The notes below the pieces were generated by a model. That model did no database searches and had not been told where the DNA came from. It worked only from the letters and a program-made list of their open reading frames with translations. The position numbers and the translations under genes were made by a program. Of a stretch of 64,000 nucleotides of DNA, positions 49,698-63,690 are shown piece by piece (the first letter of the stretch is position 1; every line of letters begins with the position of its first letter). The DNA comes from Ptychomitrium polyphyllum (lineage: Eukaryota), in the NCBI GenBank assembly GCA_973851085.1, contig OZ316775.1, positions 62,001-126,000 of the forward strand, read 5' to 3'.

Positions 49698-50881
49698 CTC
49701 TCAAAGGCAATTGCATAACCAACTACGTGCAGACTTCCTTGCGGGCACGCACTTGTCCGCGCCGGCTGGCATTAGCTGATGGTGGCGGCAGGGGGATGAG
49801 TGAGCCGCACAGGCTGACTGCCGCACGGCCTAGGTGCGAGGAAAGCAACAAGTTCCAGAGGACACATCGGGGTACAACTTTGGGAAGGGAAACCCTAGTC
49901 CTGGGCTCTGGCACCCTTCCTCCGAGATCCCCACAACCTTCCTCGCTTGCATCCTGCACTCTGCTCCACTTCTAAAAAATCAATCTTCACATCCCTAGGG
50001 TCCCTCTTTCAGCATTTGTTCGTCTTCACATTTGTATTGTAACATGCCATCCGGGAAGTTTGCCTGTAAATTATACAAGAGTAACGTTCCCTAGACGAAA
50101 ATTAATTCCATTTGATATCATAGGCTAGTGTTAAAAAACATGTAAGTGCTGCAACATCTACACTTAGTAAGGACCTTTTAATTCGTTAACAAATATTGTC
50201 CTTTTGGATCCTTGAATCATATTGGGAATACATCTCAATTCTTCAAGCTAGTAGTTACCAAAGCAAAATCAAAATGTTTAGTGGATTCTTCATATTCTGT
50301 TGCATATATTTTCATTAAAAAAACCTTGCTTAGAGTGTGTTGTAATTAGACCACTTAACCCAACATTGCATAGCAAGGAAAAATCTATGGCAAAGAAGAC
50401 AAAACCAAATCAGCTTAGTGCATACATTTATAAAACTTGGGTTTGGTGGGGAGGTCACATGGAAACACAGCCTTCCTCTTCAGGCTAGAAATAATCCACA
50501 ACAAACACACCTTAGGTAAAACAATCACGACACAGTTAACACCAACACATACCTTTATGAATGATTCTTTTATGAATGGTTAAAGATATGACTACAAACG
50601 GTGAGTAGTACTAATCGAGCACTTGGTGATCCGCAAACACCAAGAATGGTGCAGCAGTAAAGAACAGCTGGAGACGAAAGAGTGTATACCAGCCTTCTAA
50701 AACCTGAAGTTCCTAAAAAGACTCAAAAAGGATGGACTTGAAAGAGCTGACTTATTGAGCTCTCAAAGAATAGACTTAAATTGCAATATGTACACCAGTG
50801 TGGTGTTCCATCCTGTGCGCACTATTGCTAAATGGTGAACCTATTTGTCCAGATAAGAAATTTGTTGCTGGTTGGTAATCC

Positions 50882-53800
50882 CTACAAGAACGCTATTACA
50901 GGCTGTATTTGGTATGTATCTATGTGTACTTTGTGTAGAGAACATCCTCCCATGGATGACGGTAAAGGGGCTGCTTCAGACGCTTCTGATCGAATGTGTG
51001 TCTGCAGAGGAACAAGCAGATTCAACATCAGATATTGAAGTTCGAGACACTTGAACATAAGCAATGACTGGAAAAGGTGAGTATGGAAGAGCAACATACC
51101 CAATGAGACCGATACTCCTTGCCAAGACAAAGAGTCCATTGAGATAACCAATTTCAATGATCTCGTTAATTTCTTGAGGGGTGAACATTGCGCAACTTGA
51201 CAGCAGATCCAGGAAGAGGGACCCTATGCAACCATCAACATTAAGCACAAGGTTGTTGGCTTTGGTCAATGTGTAAGTCTCCACGGTCACAGCATACTCC
51301 ATGTACTTCACGTTAGGGAACTGCGTGCGTGCATACTTCTGCAAGAGCTCCACTCGCTTGTCCCTGTTATCACGGCTCTTGATTCTGCACATACAATACA
51401 ACAACTTAGAATGAGCTTTAGAATGTGAGAATAGGGGAACATGAATCAAGAAATAAATCATCTGGCAATCACTATACCTGTGGCCAATTCCAGGAACCCG
51501 AATACCCTTCTTCTTCATACTTTCCACAAATTCATAAGGTGACAAGCCCCGATCATGAGCATCCATGAAGTAGCGAGCAGCATCATCGATAGCTCCACCG
51601 AAACGGGGACCGATTGTAAGCAAACCTGACAATTTTTCATTAAAAAAGCATATAGTCCGTTACAATATTTGGGGATTAAAATAGCAACTACTGTACAGAC
51701 TGAATTTCAAGCATCGATCGCAACTACAATCATCCAGAGAAGCATTGGACAAGTCGCCAAAGTGTATACATACCGGATACAAGACTTGATACCAAGTCCT
51801 TTCCTGCACGAGCAGTGACGATAGTGTTGTGTGCTCCAGACACAGCTGGACCATGGTCTGCACAGAGCATCACGCACATCTGCAAACACAACAAGAACAT
51901 CAAAACTACATTAAACTCATTCGGTGACTAGGCAAAACTTAGAACACCACACGGTCAAACTGTAACAAGGTCGGATACCTTAAGGACTAATACGTATGCA
52001 TTGCCAGGTCTACAAGGAACATGGCTTCTCACACTAGGGGTATCTGCTTCCTCAAAACAAGATCACGAGGTACGACGATTGACAGGATAACTAGCAACAA
52101 GGTGCTCAATATGGCACACAAGACATCAGGAGACAATTTATCATGCTATGATAAAAATCAACATTCTGTCAAATCACAAAATGATACGCATAAGCACCTC
52201 AATGAATTTAGTGCAGTATCGCGGCAAACTGCGCTTGAACCAGAGGAGTGAAATGACATCACCGATCCCATACTCCTTCTCAATGATTGTGGACATCGGC
52301 ACGCCGGCATATGTCGGCTCTTCACCTGCGGTACAGAAAGATGTCACCTACTCAGTATCCTATGCTCAAATTATTACCTAGCGACTGATCACTTAATTAG
52401 AACAGTAAAGAGAAAATATGCAGGTGCAGAGCTTGTGAAGTAGAATAATTAACAAGCAGAGGATTAGTATCAAAGGAACAGAACGAGATCGTGAATAATA
52501 AACTACAGCAATTCTTAAAGCATAATGCAAGAGAAATGCAGTTTCCAAGCACCTCTATCGTCACAGATGGTTGACACAATATGTGTGGGGGCCCTCACTT
52601 TTCCACTCTTAATTGCTGCATTGAGGTCTTCTGGGACTGTAGGTGGATCAAAATCCTTTACTGGAGTAATTGCCTTCTTCTCAACCTGCGCAAGGAGTTT
52701 AACTATCTTATAAAACTTTTGTTCATCCTAGAAGATTATGTATAAACATAAAGTAGGTCCTGAATAGCAAATTTAGTCCGGGTTCTGGGTGAATACCAGT
52801 GAGACATACGTAGCTTTGATAGTGGCTTCCAGACCTTCAAAAGAAGTAGGTACAATAGCACCAGCATCAGCCAGAGCCTTGTTCTTAGTTTGAGCAGACT
52901 CTTCATCACCACCACTTTTAGCACCCTGCAGTCAAACCGAGGAAAATTCAACACAAAGAAGGTCAAGCTCAAAGATAACTACTCACCTTCACAATTGGTA
53001 AAAGGGAAGTGAAGGATGAGGACGGACTTACAGCATGGCCAAATTGAACCTCTGACTTGAAGAGGCGGGCACATGTGCCACTAACCCAAGCCACTACTGG
53101 TTTGCTGACCTTCCCCTGTTTCAGAGCGTCAACCAGAGAGTACTCGTCCTTTCCTCCCAGTTCTCCCAGAACAACAATCATTTTGATCTGCGTAGAGAAA
53201 AATTCTCACCATTTCAGATACCAGCAAGAAGAAACCTACATATAGAAGACTAGTGACATAACAGGAAACGCCACAAAGTGATTTTGAATATTTATGAGCA
53301 AACCTACGTGTGGAATGTTGTTAAAGCGCAACACATGGTCTGAAAGCGTGGACCCAGGATAGACATCTCCACCAATTGCAACGCCTTCATACAGGCCGTC
53401 TGTAACACGAGCAAGGACATTGTACATCTCGTTTGACATGCCCCCCTGTTCACGAACCAAAGTCCAATTAGAGAAACCAACCATATACACATACAGTGCA
53501 CCTCCTTCAACAATGAAATCGAACAAAATTGCAGACCATTCGTAGAGCTTCTTCTTAAACGACTAATCTAAAGGCACAGAAAAAAATCCCGGGCCAAATA
53601 GTCGATGTGCCTACAGATTTTGACACAAATCCAACAGATCCAGCCCTGTATAGCTTGCAGTGGATGATGTTGTCCAATGTCCCTGCTGTATCACCAATTT
53701 TGAATGCACCTGCCTGGATACCTCCCACTGTGGCAGGACCAATGACGACCTGTCACAACACAAACGCAATGAGAGCACTAAATGAGATTATGTTGACAGT

Positions 53801-55875
53801 ACATGCAATAGACGAGCCTTTCTCAATTGTGAAAACTCCTGCACCACTTCTCTACAAATTACAAAATTACTAAGCTTCCACGGTGCAATGGGATAATTGA
53901 GGACTCCTAAGTGGAAGTAAAATATCAATCCTCTCTAATCCAATTAAAGAAAGAAAATCAATGCATCAGCATGTAACTATCCTAAGACTCGCTTAGCATG
54001 CATACAGAATAAACCCCTGATCACTACCACTCCAATTCCACCTCTACCTCTCGGCATCTAATCTCCTACATTCAATGTGAATGTGAGGTGACGATACGAG
54101 TTGGTCCAGTGTAGAGAGCACCAAGGACATTCCCTAGTGAAATAAGGGGGCTCCATGTACCTTGTTGTTAGCACGAGCATAAGCTATAAGCCTCTTGGCG
54201 TCTGCTTCAGGAACTCCTTCGGCAATAATTGCAATCACCCTGATTGTTGGCTGCTTGAGAGCTTCCATAGACGATGCATAGGCGCTGCACGTATATTTAA
54301 ACTAGTTAAATATTTGAACATATTTCCATGCGCTTGATACAAAGCTGAAATGCAACCAAAGTACAACATCTATACATAAAGGTGATCCTTGATTCTGTGA
54401 AATAAAGGGTAAAGTGGTATATGCAGACAAACTGCCAGTACTCTATGATTTACAGCAACAAGGAAATTTTAATAAGCACACATTTCTCCTGGAACAAAAA
54501 TACTCCAATACTAAATAGAGCATTTATACACTCCGCAGCAAGTGCACACCTGCGGAAAGATGCAAAGTTGATGAAAACATCCGCTGTTGTATGCATCTTG
54601 CAAGCAGAAATAATGCTGTAGACAAGCCAAAAAAAGGACAAGTCAGATTCTTTGCTTCGTTCTGTATCATTTCTGATATCTCCAATACGACAAAAATAAG
54701 TAGAGTTCAGCTCCAAACTACTCCAGTCCTACCCAGCGAACTAAATAAGGACATCGTACAGAGCATGCACAGCTCTTCTACCTAACTAAATACCAATACA
54801 TTCATATGTAATGAAACTACTAAAGAGTATTCACTCAGAAAGCGTAAGGGATGGCTAAATCAACAAGCAGATGAGCACTTTGTACTACTTCAAAGAAGTG
54901 CTAGAGCGGAGTTAGGGCAAAACTGGTCAGTGTTGTGCGCGTTGCACTCACCTGCCATGCACAGGGACAGCAATCTCCTCTTGTCCAAAAAAGAGCTTCT
55001 GGAAACCATCAGAGCCTGGGTTGATCACACCAGCCACAGATGGAATCTCTCTACCTGTACATCAAGTAAAATCACAAAAACGTCAACAGAAATCCTCGAA
55101 GTTCTACTGGAACACAATTAAACTTCAGAAAAAAGTAATCATGTACTAAACTTAACGAAAGTGTTTCTAGCTTTTTCTCAAGCAGTAATGCATTATTCTC
55201 GCGTTTCAAAAAAAATATTATATGATTCAATTCAAACTTTAGAAAATGCAGGCATTATAACTCATCTTCATAGTCATACAAACTGAGAATAATTTAAGCT
55301 GCGCACCAATGCAGGATGTTAAGATTGAGACACTAATCAAACCATATTGAACAAACAGATAATTTGATGTCACATGAAGCAGGGAGCTAAGATTTCAAGT
55401 GGGTTTCATCGTCATAATGATGGTGTAGATATCCAGGTTGTGCCTGACTAATATAAACTGACGATTGAGGAGGTGGGGATAACCGAAGCGCTTGTGGACC
55501 AGATAAAGAAAGAAGAGGAAAATGTTCAAAACTATTATCTCTGGTCTCCACCAGAATCCAAACATTTGTCTCTACTCTGCCAAGAGGACAGAAATCTACG
55601 AACCAAGGACGCCCGTAATTGTCAAATACTAATGCATGCAACAATCGGTTTCTGAAGTATAACACCTTATGACCAACTGGATGTTGGACGGTGGCAGACG
55701 ACAGAAACAAAGGATGTCGACCATGGCAGAGCAGAAAAACCCAGGAAGAGAAATTGGGGCAGAGAGGCAACATACCACACAAGAAGTCAAAATCAAGCAT
55801 GCGCTGCACCGGACTCTGCTTGTAGTTGTAGAAAAGGGCTTGCGTCGAACGCGAGAACAACTGCCCCGTCGCCAT
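50882..55875 (-). CDS. ACLB: ATP-citrate lyase (ATP-citrate synthase) beta chain, about 14 coding exons; ATG at 55875
   Basis: [78 protein letters not shown] (phospho-His motif); [64 protein letters not shown] boundaries throughout; 5' UTR intron donor at 56457-56458. Confidence 0.96.
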
Positions 55876-56782
55876 GGCGCTCAAACCCTCAGAACGCTGT
55901 CAAAATAAATGGCTCACAAGACCTCCTACGTCCTCCAAACCCACACAATCCTACCTCCCCTTCCAGTACCATAAGTTGCAGTAGAGCTACAATCCAACAA
56001 CCCATACACACCATACCTGAGTGGGTCAGCCACAACAGACATTCTTCACCTTCACCTTAAAATAATTCAATATTAAAGTACAGATCTCCATCTCAACCTC
56101 GCACTTGAGACCCTGCAACCCAACTTAAATGCAGCCCAAGATCGATCGACTGATCGTAACGCAACTCCGCCTCCCTCAAATTCGATCATAAACACCGCGT
56201 CTCAGTGCACACGACGCTCAACGCGCGGAAGAAAGCCTCCCCCTCAGAAACTATACTAGTCCTGCACCGCATCCTCTACCAATAACGACAAGCCTCGGTC
56301 GCAAAATGAGAGAAAAAACAGATCTTCACATCGACCCATCGGGAATCCTCAACAAATCAACCTGCACCTTGGCAAAAAAACCTCCGCGGGTAAACATCCG
56401 CACCAGTACGGCACGTCCAAACACGACGATCGGGGCCGCAAGGAAAGGCATTTCTTACCTCGGACGAAAGCGAGCGAACGAGGGAGCGCAGACGTGCGGA
56501 ACGAGAGGAAACAGGCAATTAGTGGACGCCTTCAACTAAGGGGAGAGTGGAGTAAGGGGAGAGTGGAGTAAGGGGAGAGAGGAGAGTGGAGAGAGGAGAG
56601 AAGAGAGAGTAGCGAGGAGAGAGTAGCGAGGAGGGAGGAAAGAGTAGCCAGGAGAGAGTAGAGGCCTCCCACTCATAATAACTTTGCGGCCCCCCCGCCA
56701 CACCCCGCACACCCGCATACTCCCCCCGGTCCCAGATTCCTCCCTTCCCTCAACAAAGCCCGGCGCACTTTCTTTCCCCTAG

Positions 56783-56941
56783 CTTGACCAAACACCTCTC
56801 GCTTGACCAAACACCTCTCGCTTGACCAAACACCTTACTCTTGACCAAACACCTTACTCTTGACCAAACACCTTACTCTGGACCAAACACCTTACTCTTG
56901 ACCAAACACCTTACTCTTGACCAAACTCCTCTCTCTTGACC
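56783..56941. repeat. 19-bp minisatellite CTTGACCAAACACCTTACT (8 full units plus a partial) containing W-box cores
   Basis: Units start at 56783, 56802, 56821, 56840, 56859, 56878, 56897, 56916 and 56935; eight contain TTGACC. Confidence 0.95.
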
Positions 56942-57984
56942 ATCCCATCCCAATCCTCCACTTCCCCCTCCCAACAGTGGCTACACCCCCCCAGTCAATT
57001 GGGAGCACCTTTTTTCTGCATCCAGCACCCAGCTTTTCCAGCAGCCTTCCAAGACAGTCTCTGCCGCAGGTTGTGTTGACTGGCTGACCACACACAAATG
57101 GTTGAAACTGCAGACATAAATTGTGTGTTCAAGGTTGACCCCCCTGTGGACTATGTCTCAGTCTTTTGTGATAGTATATCTGTTAAGGCTTGTAACAGCT
57201 ATCCAAAGACTTCTTCTGTGAATTTGGTAAATTTGTACCAGGATCTTGAGAACTTGTTGTGCCTACTGTACCGTGAGATGGGTCCGAATCTGAGTGTGAC
57301 TGGTATGACCCTGTGGTCAGAGGGCACAGTTGGGACTACTTAGGAGTGGTAGCATTCTATTATGTACTGCTAACTTATGCAGGATGACACAAGGTGGGAG
57401 TTTGACCTGATCTTGACTTGAGGAGTGGAAATATGGTACTAGTGTTACTCTTTTGAGATGTTTTTGTTGAAGCTTTGCTTCTGTTTAGCTACTAGCCCAA
57501 CTTCAGAATATCATGAGCATGGACAGTGCAATGAGCTTGTGGTAGGTCTTAGACAGTGTAATCATTCTTTAGAAAAGAAGAAACATTGCTACTGTATTCA
57601 TGTGTAAAGTGTGATGAGTCCATGACCAAAGTGGCTTGTATGTGAGAACATCAAAATTATCAGGTAGCAGCACCCACTGCTGGGTCCTCCCAATGCTATT
57701 ATTCATCTGTTTCTTAGTCCTTTGTCACATGCACACAGTCAGACTTGAGGATAAGCTAGGGTTGTGCTTATGACTTTTTATTTTACTTCCTTTCTATAGT
57801 CACCCTTCATACTGCAATGGATATAATTTGTTAGTTGTATGTTGGAGAATGGTACAAGCATGCATGGGTATGCACAACTGCACAATCAATTCATTGCCTC
57901 CTCTGGATCAGGTAAATTAATCCACACTAGTCTCGTTCACCAAGACAAGAGTTTTTCATGCACAACTTGAGCATGCTTCTGTTA

Positions 57985-60400
57985 GAGCATCTCCACTGCA
58001 CACATCAAAATATAGAAATGTAACTTCACTACACACATCAAAATGTAAATAATTATAGTTTTTATAAAGAATTAGTATTCCCAAATATTATAATTGAAAG
58101 TGCATTAAGAATCACATAAAAAAAGTACACAAAATTCTAAATTTGAATATTGTATGATAAAACTTTGTCTTATACAAGCTTCCCTTCCAATGTATAGAAT
58201 ATAAGGACTTTTATCCAATCATTCATTAGTCAATTCCAAACGTATAGAATATAAGGACTTTTATCCAATCATTCATTAGTCAATTCCAAACATTTTGATG
58301 AAACTTCTCAAATTATGCTTGCAGCAAAAGTAGTTTTTTCCATACAAAATTCAACTTTCTAATTTTGTGCATCTATTTCAAATAATTTTTAATGTGCTTA
58401 TAATATGGTATCTATAACAATAGGAAAGAGAAAGCATGCATATAGGAAACAATATTAGAAAGCTAATATTGAATGCATCCATCTTGGAAAGAAGTAAGTC
58501 ATGCATTTATTATTGGATGCGTTTAATATTTGATTTTTTGTTGTTTAACACCATGGACTTTAAAACACATTATTTTGTAGCTCTTTTTTGATTAATTGAT
58601 GTAAATATAATGTGGAATTGGATGATATATAATAACCTCTTTGATCCTTTATAAACATAGTACTTTTCTTTTAAATATGGTTTATATTAATTAGAAGTTT
58701 TGAAGTAAGAATTACAACAATTAGTACATGTTGTAAAATCTTAATATCCACTCAAATTTTTTCAAATAAATTAGGAATATTATAAACAATTGTAATGAAT
58801 GAACATAAAATTTATAGAAATTTTATTTTAATAAGGAACTTATTAGCTTTTTCAAAATAATTTTTATATATGTGTTTTTATGATTGACTATATTATATGT
58901 ATTTTATATATTGAATAGATATTGTAATAAAGAGATATTAAGAGTTTGAGTGAATAAAGTAAGAAAAAGAGAAAGTTATGTTTTTTTTAATTTATGCTTG
59001 TAAAGATTAATATTGTTAAGTAGAATTGGATGGTATAAATACAGATTATGATATCAAAACTTCAATATTAAAGCATTTTTTCTCAATAAAAGAAAAAATA
59101 TTACATTCTTATATCATAAAATCTTATATTGAAAACTTTATAACATGATTATTTATGTGTTGTGTATAAAACTACAACATCGAAGATAACTTATTAAAGT
59201 TCCTATGGAAAGCATAAAAATTCTATGAGCAGAATGTTGGATGAGTGCAAAGTAACAACCTTCATGGAGAAGAGACAATAATCTAAGAAGTTTTAATCTT
59301 GTATTCTTTTCCTTGTATATCCAAGTTTACAATCTATGAATATCTATTTCTAAATCTTGGTAGATTATAAGTACCTTAATTTTAGGCTTGATGTGATATT
59401 TTTTTTTCACGCAAGTTTATCCAAGCAATGATCATATTACTCTATTCTATCTAATCCACCTTGTCAAAACTTGCATGATTAGAACCACTAAGGTTCTCTA
59501 CTAAATCTAAGCATTATTTCAACACCTTTATCTTTCCATCCTCAAACCTAGTATTTTTGGTTCTAGATTCTTTTGTTGTTTTTTGTAGAAATTACAATTA
59601 ATGCACATTCCTTAGAAACTGTTTCTATATTTATTCCATCTCACATTCCAAAAGAAGATTATGCACTGAGATATTAAGAAAAATAAATCTATAAAACACT
59701 ATGGATTGACTAACTCACAAAGTAACACCATCAATATATCCATGTTGCCTACTATACCACCCTCGCCTAAGAAACATTATTTAGCAGCTACCAACATTAC
59801 AAGAGATGTTGTCTCATGTCTTCAACACAACTTAGATAAAGTCTAAATTCACATCCACTTACCACAAGGAGCTTATTACATTAGAAGTTAAGCTTTCATT
59901 CAACTAAGCATCATATTAAGACAAGGAAATAATACAAATTAATTGAAAAAATTAAGGAGGAACTTATGGAAACACTTATATTCCATCTAACTTGTACCTT
60001 CAAAATCAAGCTTCTTCCAAAATCAAAATCTTTCACAACTTATTTGGCAAATAGACTTAAATAAGTCTTGTGCTTTTCTTGCTTATCAATTTTGTCTTTT
60101 GTTTCAAATTTAGCACTCTATTAAATATCAACCATCAACCAAATCTGTGAGTTGTAAATATTTTTAGTAGTATTTAAATCAATTAAAATTTCCTCAAAGC
60201 TTAATTAAAATAAATATTTGTATATCTTTTCTAAATACTCCCTTTTTATTTAGATTTTTAATTTTCTAAATCCATGGTTTAAAAGTCCGATGTACTTAAA
60301 TTCATAAATTTTTCATACTCAATTTATTTTAAATTTTGTAACCACCCTTCTTAGTCCAACTCAACTCCATTATTTTACCATCTACAAACCCCTTGCAAAC
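57985..60400. mobile_element. Possible degraded PIF/Harbinger-like DNA transposon remnant
   Basis: TTA followed by GAGCATCTCCA (Tourist/Harbinger-type end) at 57982-57995; a minus-strand fragment near 59140-59260 loosely resembles the Harbinger DDE C-terminus (..LRCCSFIHN). Matching end not found. Confidence 0.3.
58192..58291. repeat. Perfect 50-bp tandem duplication
   Basis: GTATAGAATATAAGGACTTTTATCCAATCATTCATTAGTCAATTCCAAAC occurs twice. Confidence 0.95.
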
Positions 60401-60463
60401 TACCTCTACATTTCCTATTCAAAATTTAAAACCTTATAAAAGAAAGTGACATCACAATTGCTT

Positions 60464-61230
60464 CTTCTAGAACCTCTTTGTTCAACTTGTTAATTTAACC
60501 ATAATTCCTAATGATTAATCATTCTAAAATACTAATTAAGTCTAACCACAAATTCACTTCTTTGCCATAAATAGCAGATTTCATGATTTTTTAATATTTT
60601 CCATGGACTTAACTAGCCTAACCACCCTTAAGCTTAGTTAGAAATTAAAATTACTCTAATTAGCACTAATATCAGTCTATTTCCTAGCAATAAATGCTAA
60701 TAGTTAACAATTGATGAAATTTGACCAATTCATCCGATTTTTTGGCTCACTCTAAATTTAGCTGATAATCTAAAATTAGCTATTTTTCTAAAATTTGGCA
60801 GTTGTTACAAATTTAGCTTCTATTCTAGCTTCAGATGATTTTTAGTTTTCAACAGTTAATCTAAATTTAATTAATATATTTTTTTAAACTACTATATTAA
60901 ATTTAGCTGCTGCTTTTAAGCTCCAGCTGCTATTTTATTTTTAGCTACTATTCCAATCCAATCAGTAGAAAATCCTTATCCAATTATCTCATTTTCTACT
61001 TCTCAGATTTTGGAAATTTGTTTCTTTTTCTCTAATTCTCCCTATTTATTGAACTTAACCATTATAGGTCATGAGCATTTGCCTACATTACACTAAGATC
61101 TCCTTAAAAATCAACTACATCCTTAATTTGGCCCTCTGGCCCTAATTAGGCCTAACTCTATCTACATATATCACTTTTTAGTAATTTTTATGAGAAAAAA
61201 TCATAATGTGCTAATGTCATAGCTCACAAA
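60464..61230. repeat. LTR-like fragment shared with 36075-36361 and 43200-43580
   Basis: About 285 bp colinear with 36075-36361, followed by sequence similar to 43200-43580. Confidence 0.7.
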
Positions 61231-61231
61231 G

Positions 61232-63690
61232 TTCAAAGCACAATGGTAGAGTTGGAAAAATGAGGTTGTCTAATTATAGTAGGAACCATACTACTGGAGA
61301 CCACAAGAAAAACGACCATCAAATCAAAGTTCTTTTATTACCTTCAATTCTTACCGCTTCTTTTACGTTTCCTATTAAAATAAAATTATTAGATGCTGAA
61401 ATACTCAGTGAAGCTCTTTAGGACACTAATGCAATGGCATGCTTCATGGACAAGGATTTTACAACTAAGAACTACATGGTGCTTGTAAATTAAAAACATT
61501 CCGCACTTATTGAAGTTATTAATAAACAATTTTTTACATCTAAAAATGTTATCGAAGAAACTCAACCCTTGGAGGTTGTTTTCAGAGACTAAGCATTTAA
61601 GATTGTCTTCAACATTATTCAATGCCAAACAAATCCTATTGTCTAGGACCTTCTTTAGTTTGAATTACATAATCCAAACATTAATTGGCACTTACGGAGT
61701 GTGGTCTCAAGAAAAAGACATTAAGGTACAAGAAATTATGGACCATCATTTATTGGAGCAAAGGCATTCATGAGAGCGGCAAAGCATGAACCAATTTATG
61801 TCATTTATGCCACACCAATGTCTAGCTCTATAGTAGAGTCTAATCAAGGCCTACCTCATCAATACCAAGATTATAAAGTTATTTTTAAGAAGAAAAATGT
61901 GGACATATTACTAAAGCATTGGCCTTATAATTGTGCCATTGAGCTGCAAGAAAGTGCCTAATCACCTATTAAATCTATTTATAACTTATCACAAACCAAA
62001 TTGACTATTTTAAGAGAATATACTGATGAAAATCTTAAAAAGGGCTTCATTCAATAGTCTAAATCACTTGTTGAAGCACCTATTTTATTTTTAAAGAAGA
62101 AAGATGGATCATTATATATATGCGTGGAATATGGAGGCCTCAATAAAATTACAAAAAAGAATTGCTATCCATTACCATTAATCTCAAGACTCCTATAGCA
62201 ACTTGGCCAAGCAAAGATATTCACCAAAATTGATCTTAGAGAAGCTTACAATCTTGTATGCATCAAAAAAAGACACAAATGGAACACAAATTTTTAATCC
62301 ATGTATGATTATTTTGAGTACAATGTCATGCCAATCTTCCAATACATGATGAATGATATCTTCCATGAACACTTGGACGATTTTGTAGTCATTTACTTGG
62401 ATGGCATTTTGATATATTCAAAGAATGAATAAGACCACAAATATCATGTGCAATTGGTCTTAGAAAACTTACGCTAGCAATGATTATATGCAAAATTGAA
62501 AAAGTACCTTTTTCACAAATCCTCGATTGAATTTATAAGCTACATCATTTCCAAAGGAGAAATCCATATGGATGAGAAGAAAATAAGCATTGTTATAGAG
62601 TGGAATATGCTAAGATAAATTCAAGATATTCAATGATTCTTAGGATTTGCAAACTTCTACAAGATATTCATCAAGGACTATTCCATGATTGCAACACCAT
62701 TAACACGGCTTATAAGGAAGCAAAAATTCACTTGGAATGAAGAGGCAGAAAAAAAATTTCAAGGTCTTAAAAAGCCATTCACATCGGCTCCAATCTTTAT
62801 TCATCCAAATTCATTGAATTCTTTCTATTTGGAAGCGGATGCCTCAGATTTTGGGCTTGGCTTAGTATTCTCACAATACAATGAAGACAAGAGACTCCAT
62901 CTTATTGTTTTTTGCTCAAGGAAGTTCTCAGCCGCAAAGATAAAACTATGATATATATGATAAGGAGTTACTTGCAATTGTAGAGGCATTTGAAGAATGG
63001 GGCACTTGTTAAAAGGAGCTCAACATACCATCACGATATAGACAAATTACAAGAACTTAGAATATTTCATAAAAGCGCGCATTCTAAATTGCCGCTAAGG
63101 AAGGTGAAAAATGTTACTTTCCAAATTTGAATTTATCATTACCTATCAACTTAGTAACCTACAAGGTAAGCTAGATGCCTTATCTCAAAGATTTTTTTTA
63201 GCTGCTCAACATGGAGATGATGTTTTGGTACAACAAAGGACTATTTTATTGAAGCCACAAAATCTTCAATTGAAAGCAACAATTATTACGATAATATTTT
63301 ATTTTGATGAAATTTGGAAGGCTTTGGAAAATGATGTTTTTGTTTCAAATATAAGGAAGCGCTCCAAAGACAACGGAGATCCTTCAAATAGCAATGAAGA
63401 CTTTGAATTCCAAAAGGGCCTATTTTATTATAAAAGACTTTTGTACCTACCTCCAAGTCTTATGCAATTGAAGATCTTTCAAGCACGTCATGATTTTTCA
63501 ACAACAAAGTATTTTGAATTCAATAAAACAATGGAATTGATTGCTAAAAACTAATAGTGGTCACAAATGTGAAAATACATAAAAGACTTTATTTGATCAT
63601 GCAACACCTACGCAAAGGCTAAGGTACCAAAACATCAACCTCATGATTTCCTCCATTCACTTCCAGTGCCAAAAAATCCATGGTTGTTTT
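61232..63690 (+). mobile_element. Family A gypsy internal fragment (end of gag, PR-RT-RH and partial IN), no LTRs, heavily mutated
   Basis: Colinear with 14978-19240 minus that copy's insertions; YAT(P/S)MSS, LEADASDFGLG, RKFSAAKI and QQRTILLKPQNLQLKA; many stops. Confidence 0.92.

Noticed and set aside
49524..49718. ORF with a poly-(Leu-Ser) tract
   Set aside because: Translation of the CT microsatellite.
56783..56941. CRISPR-like regular repeat
   Set aside because: Head-to-tail units with no unique spacers, eukaryotic context and no cas genes; it is a minisatellite.
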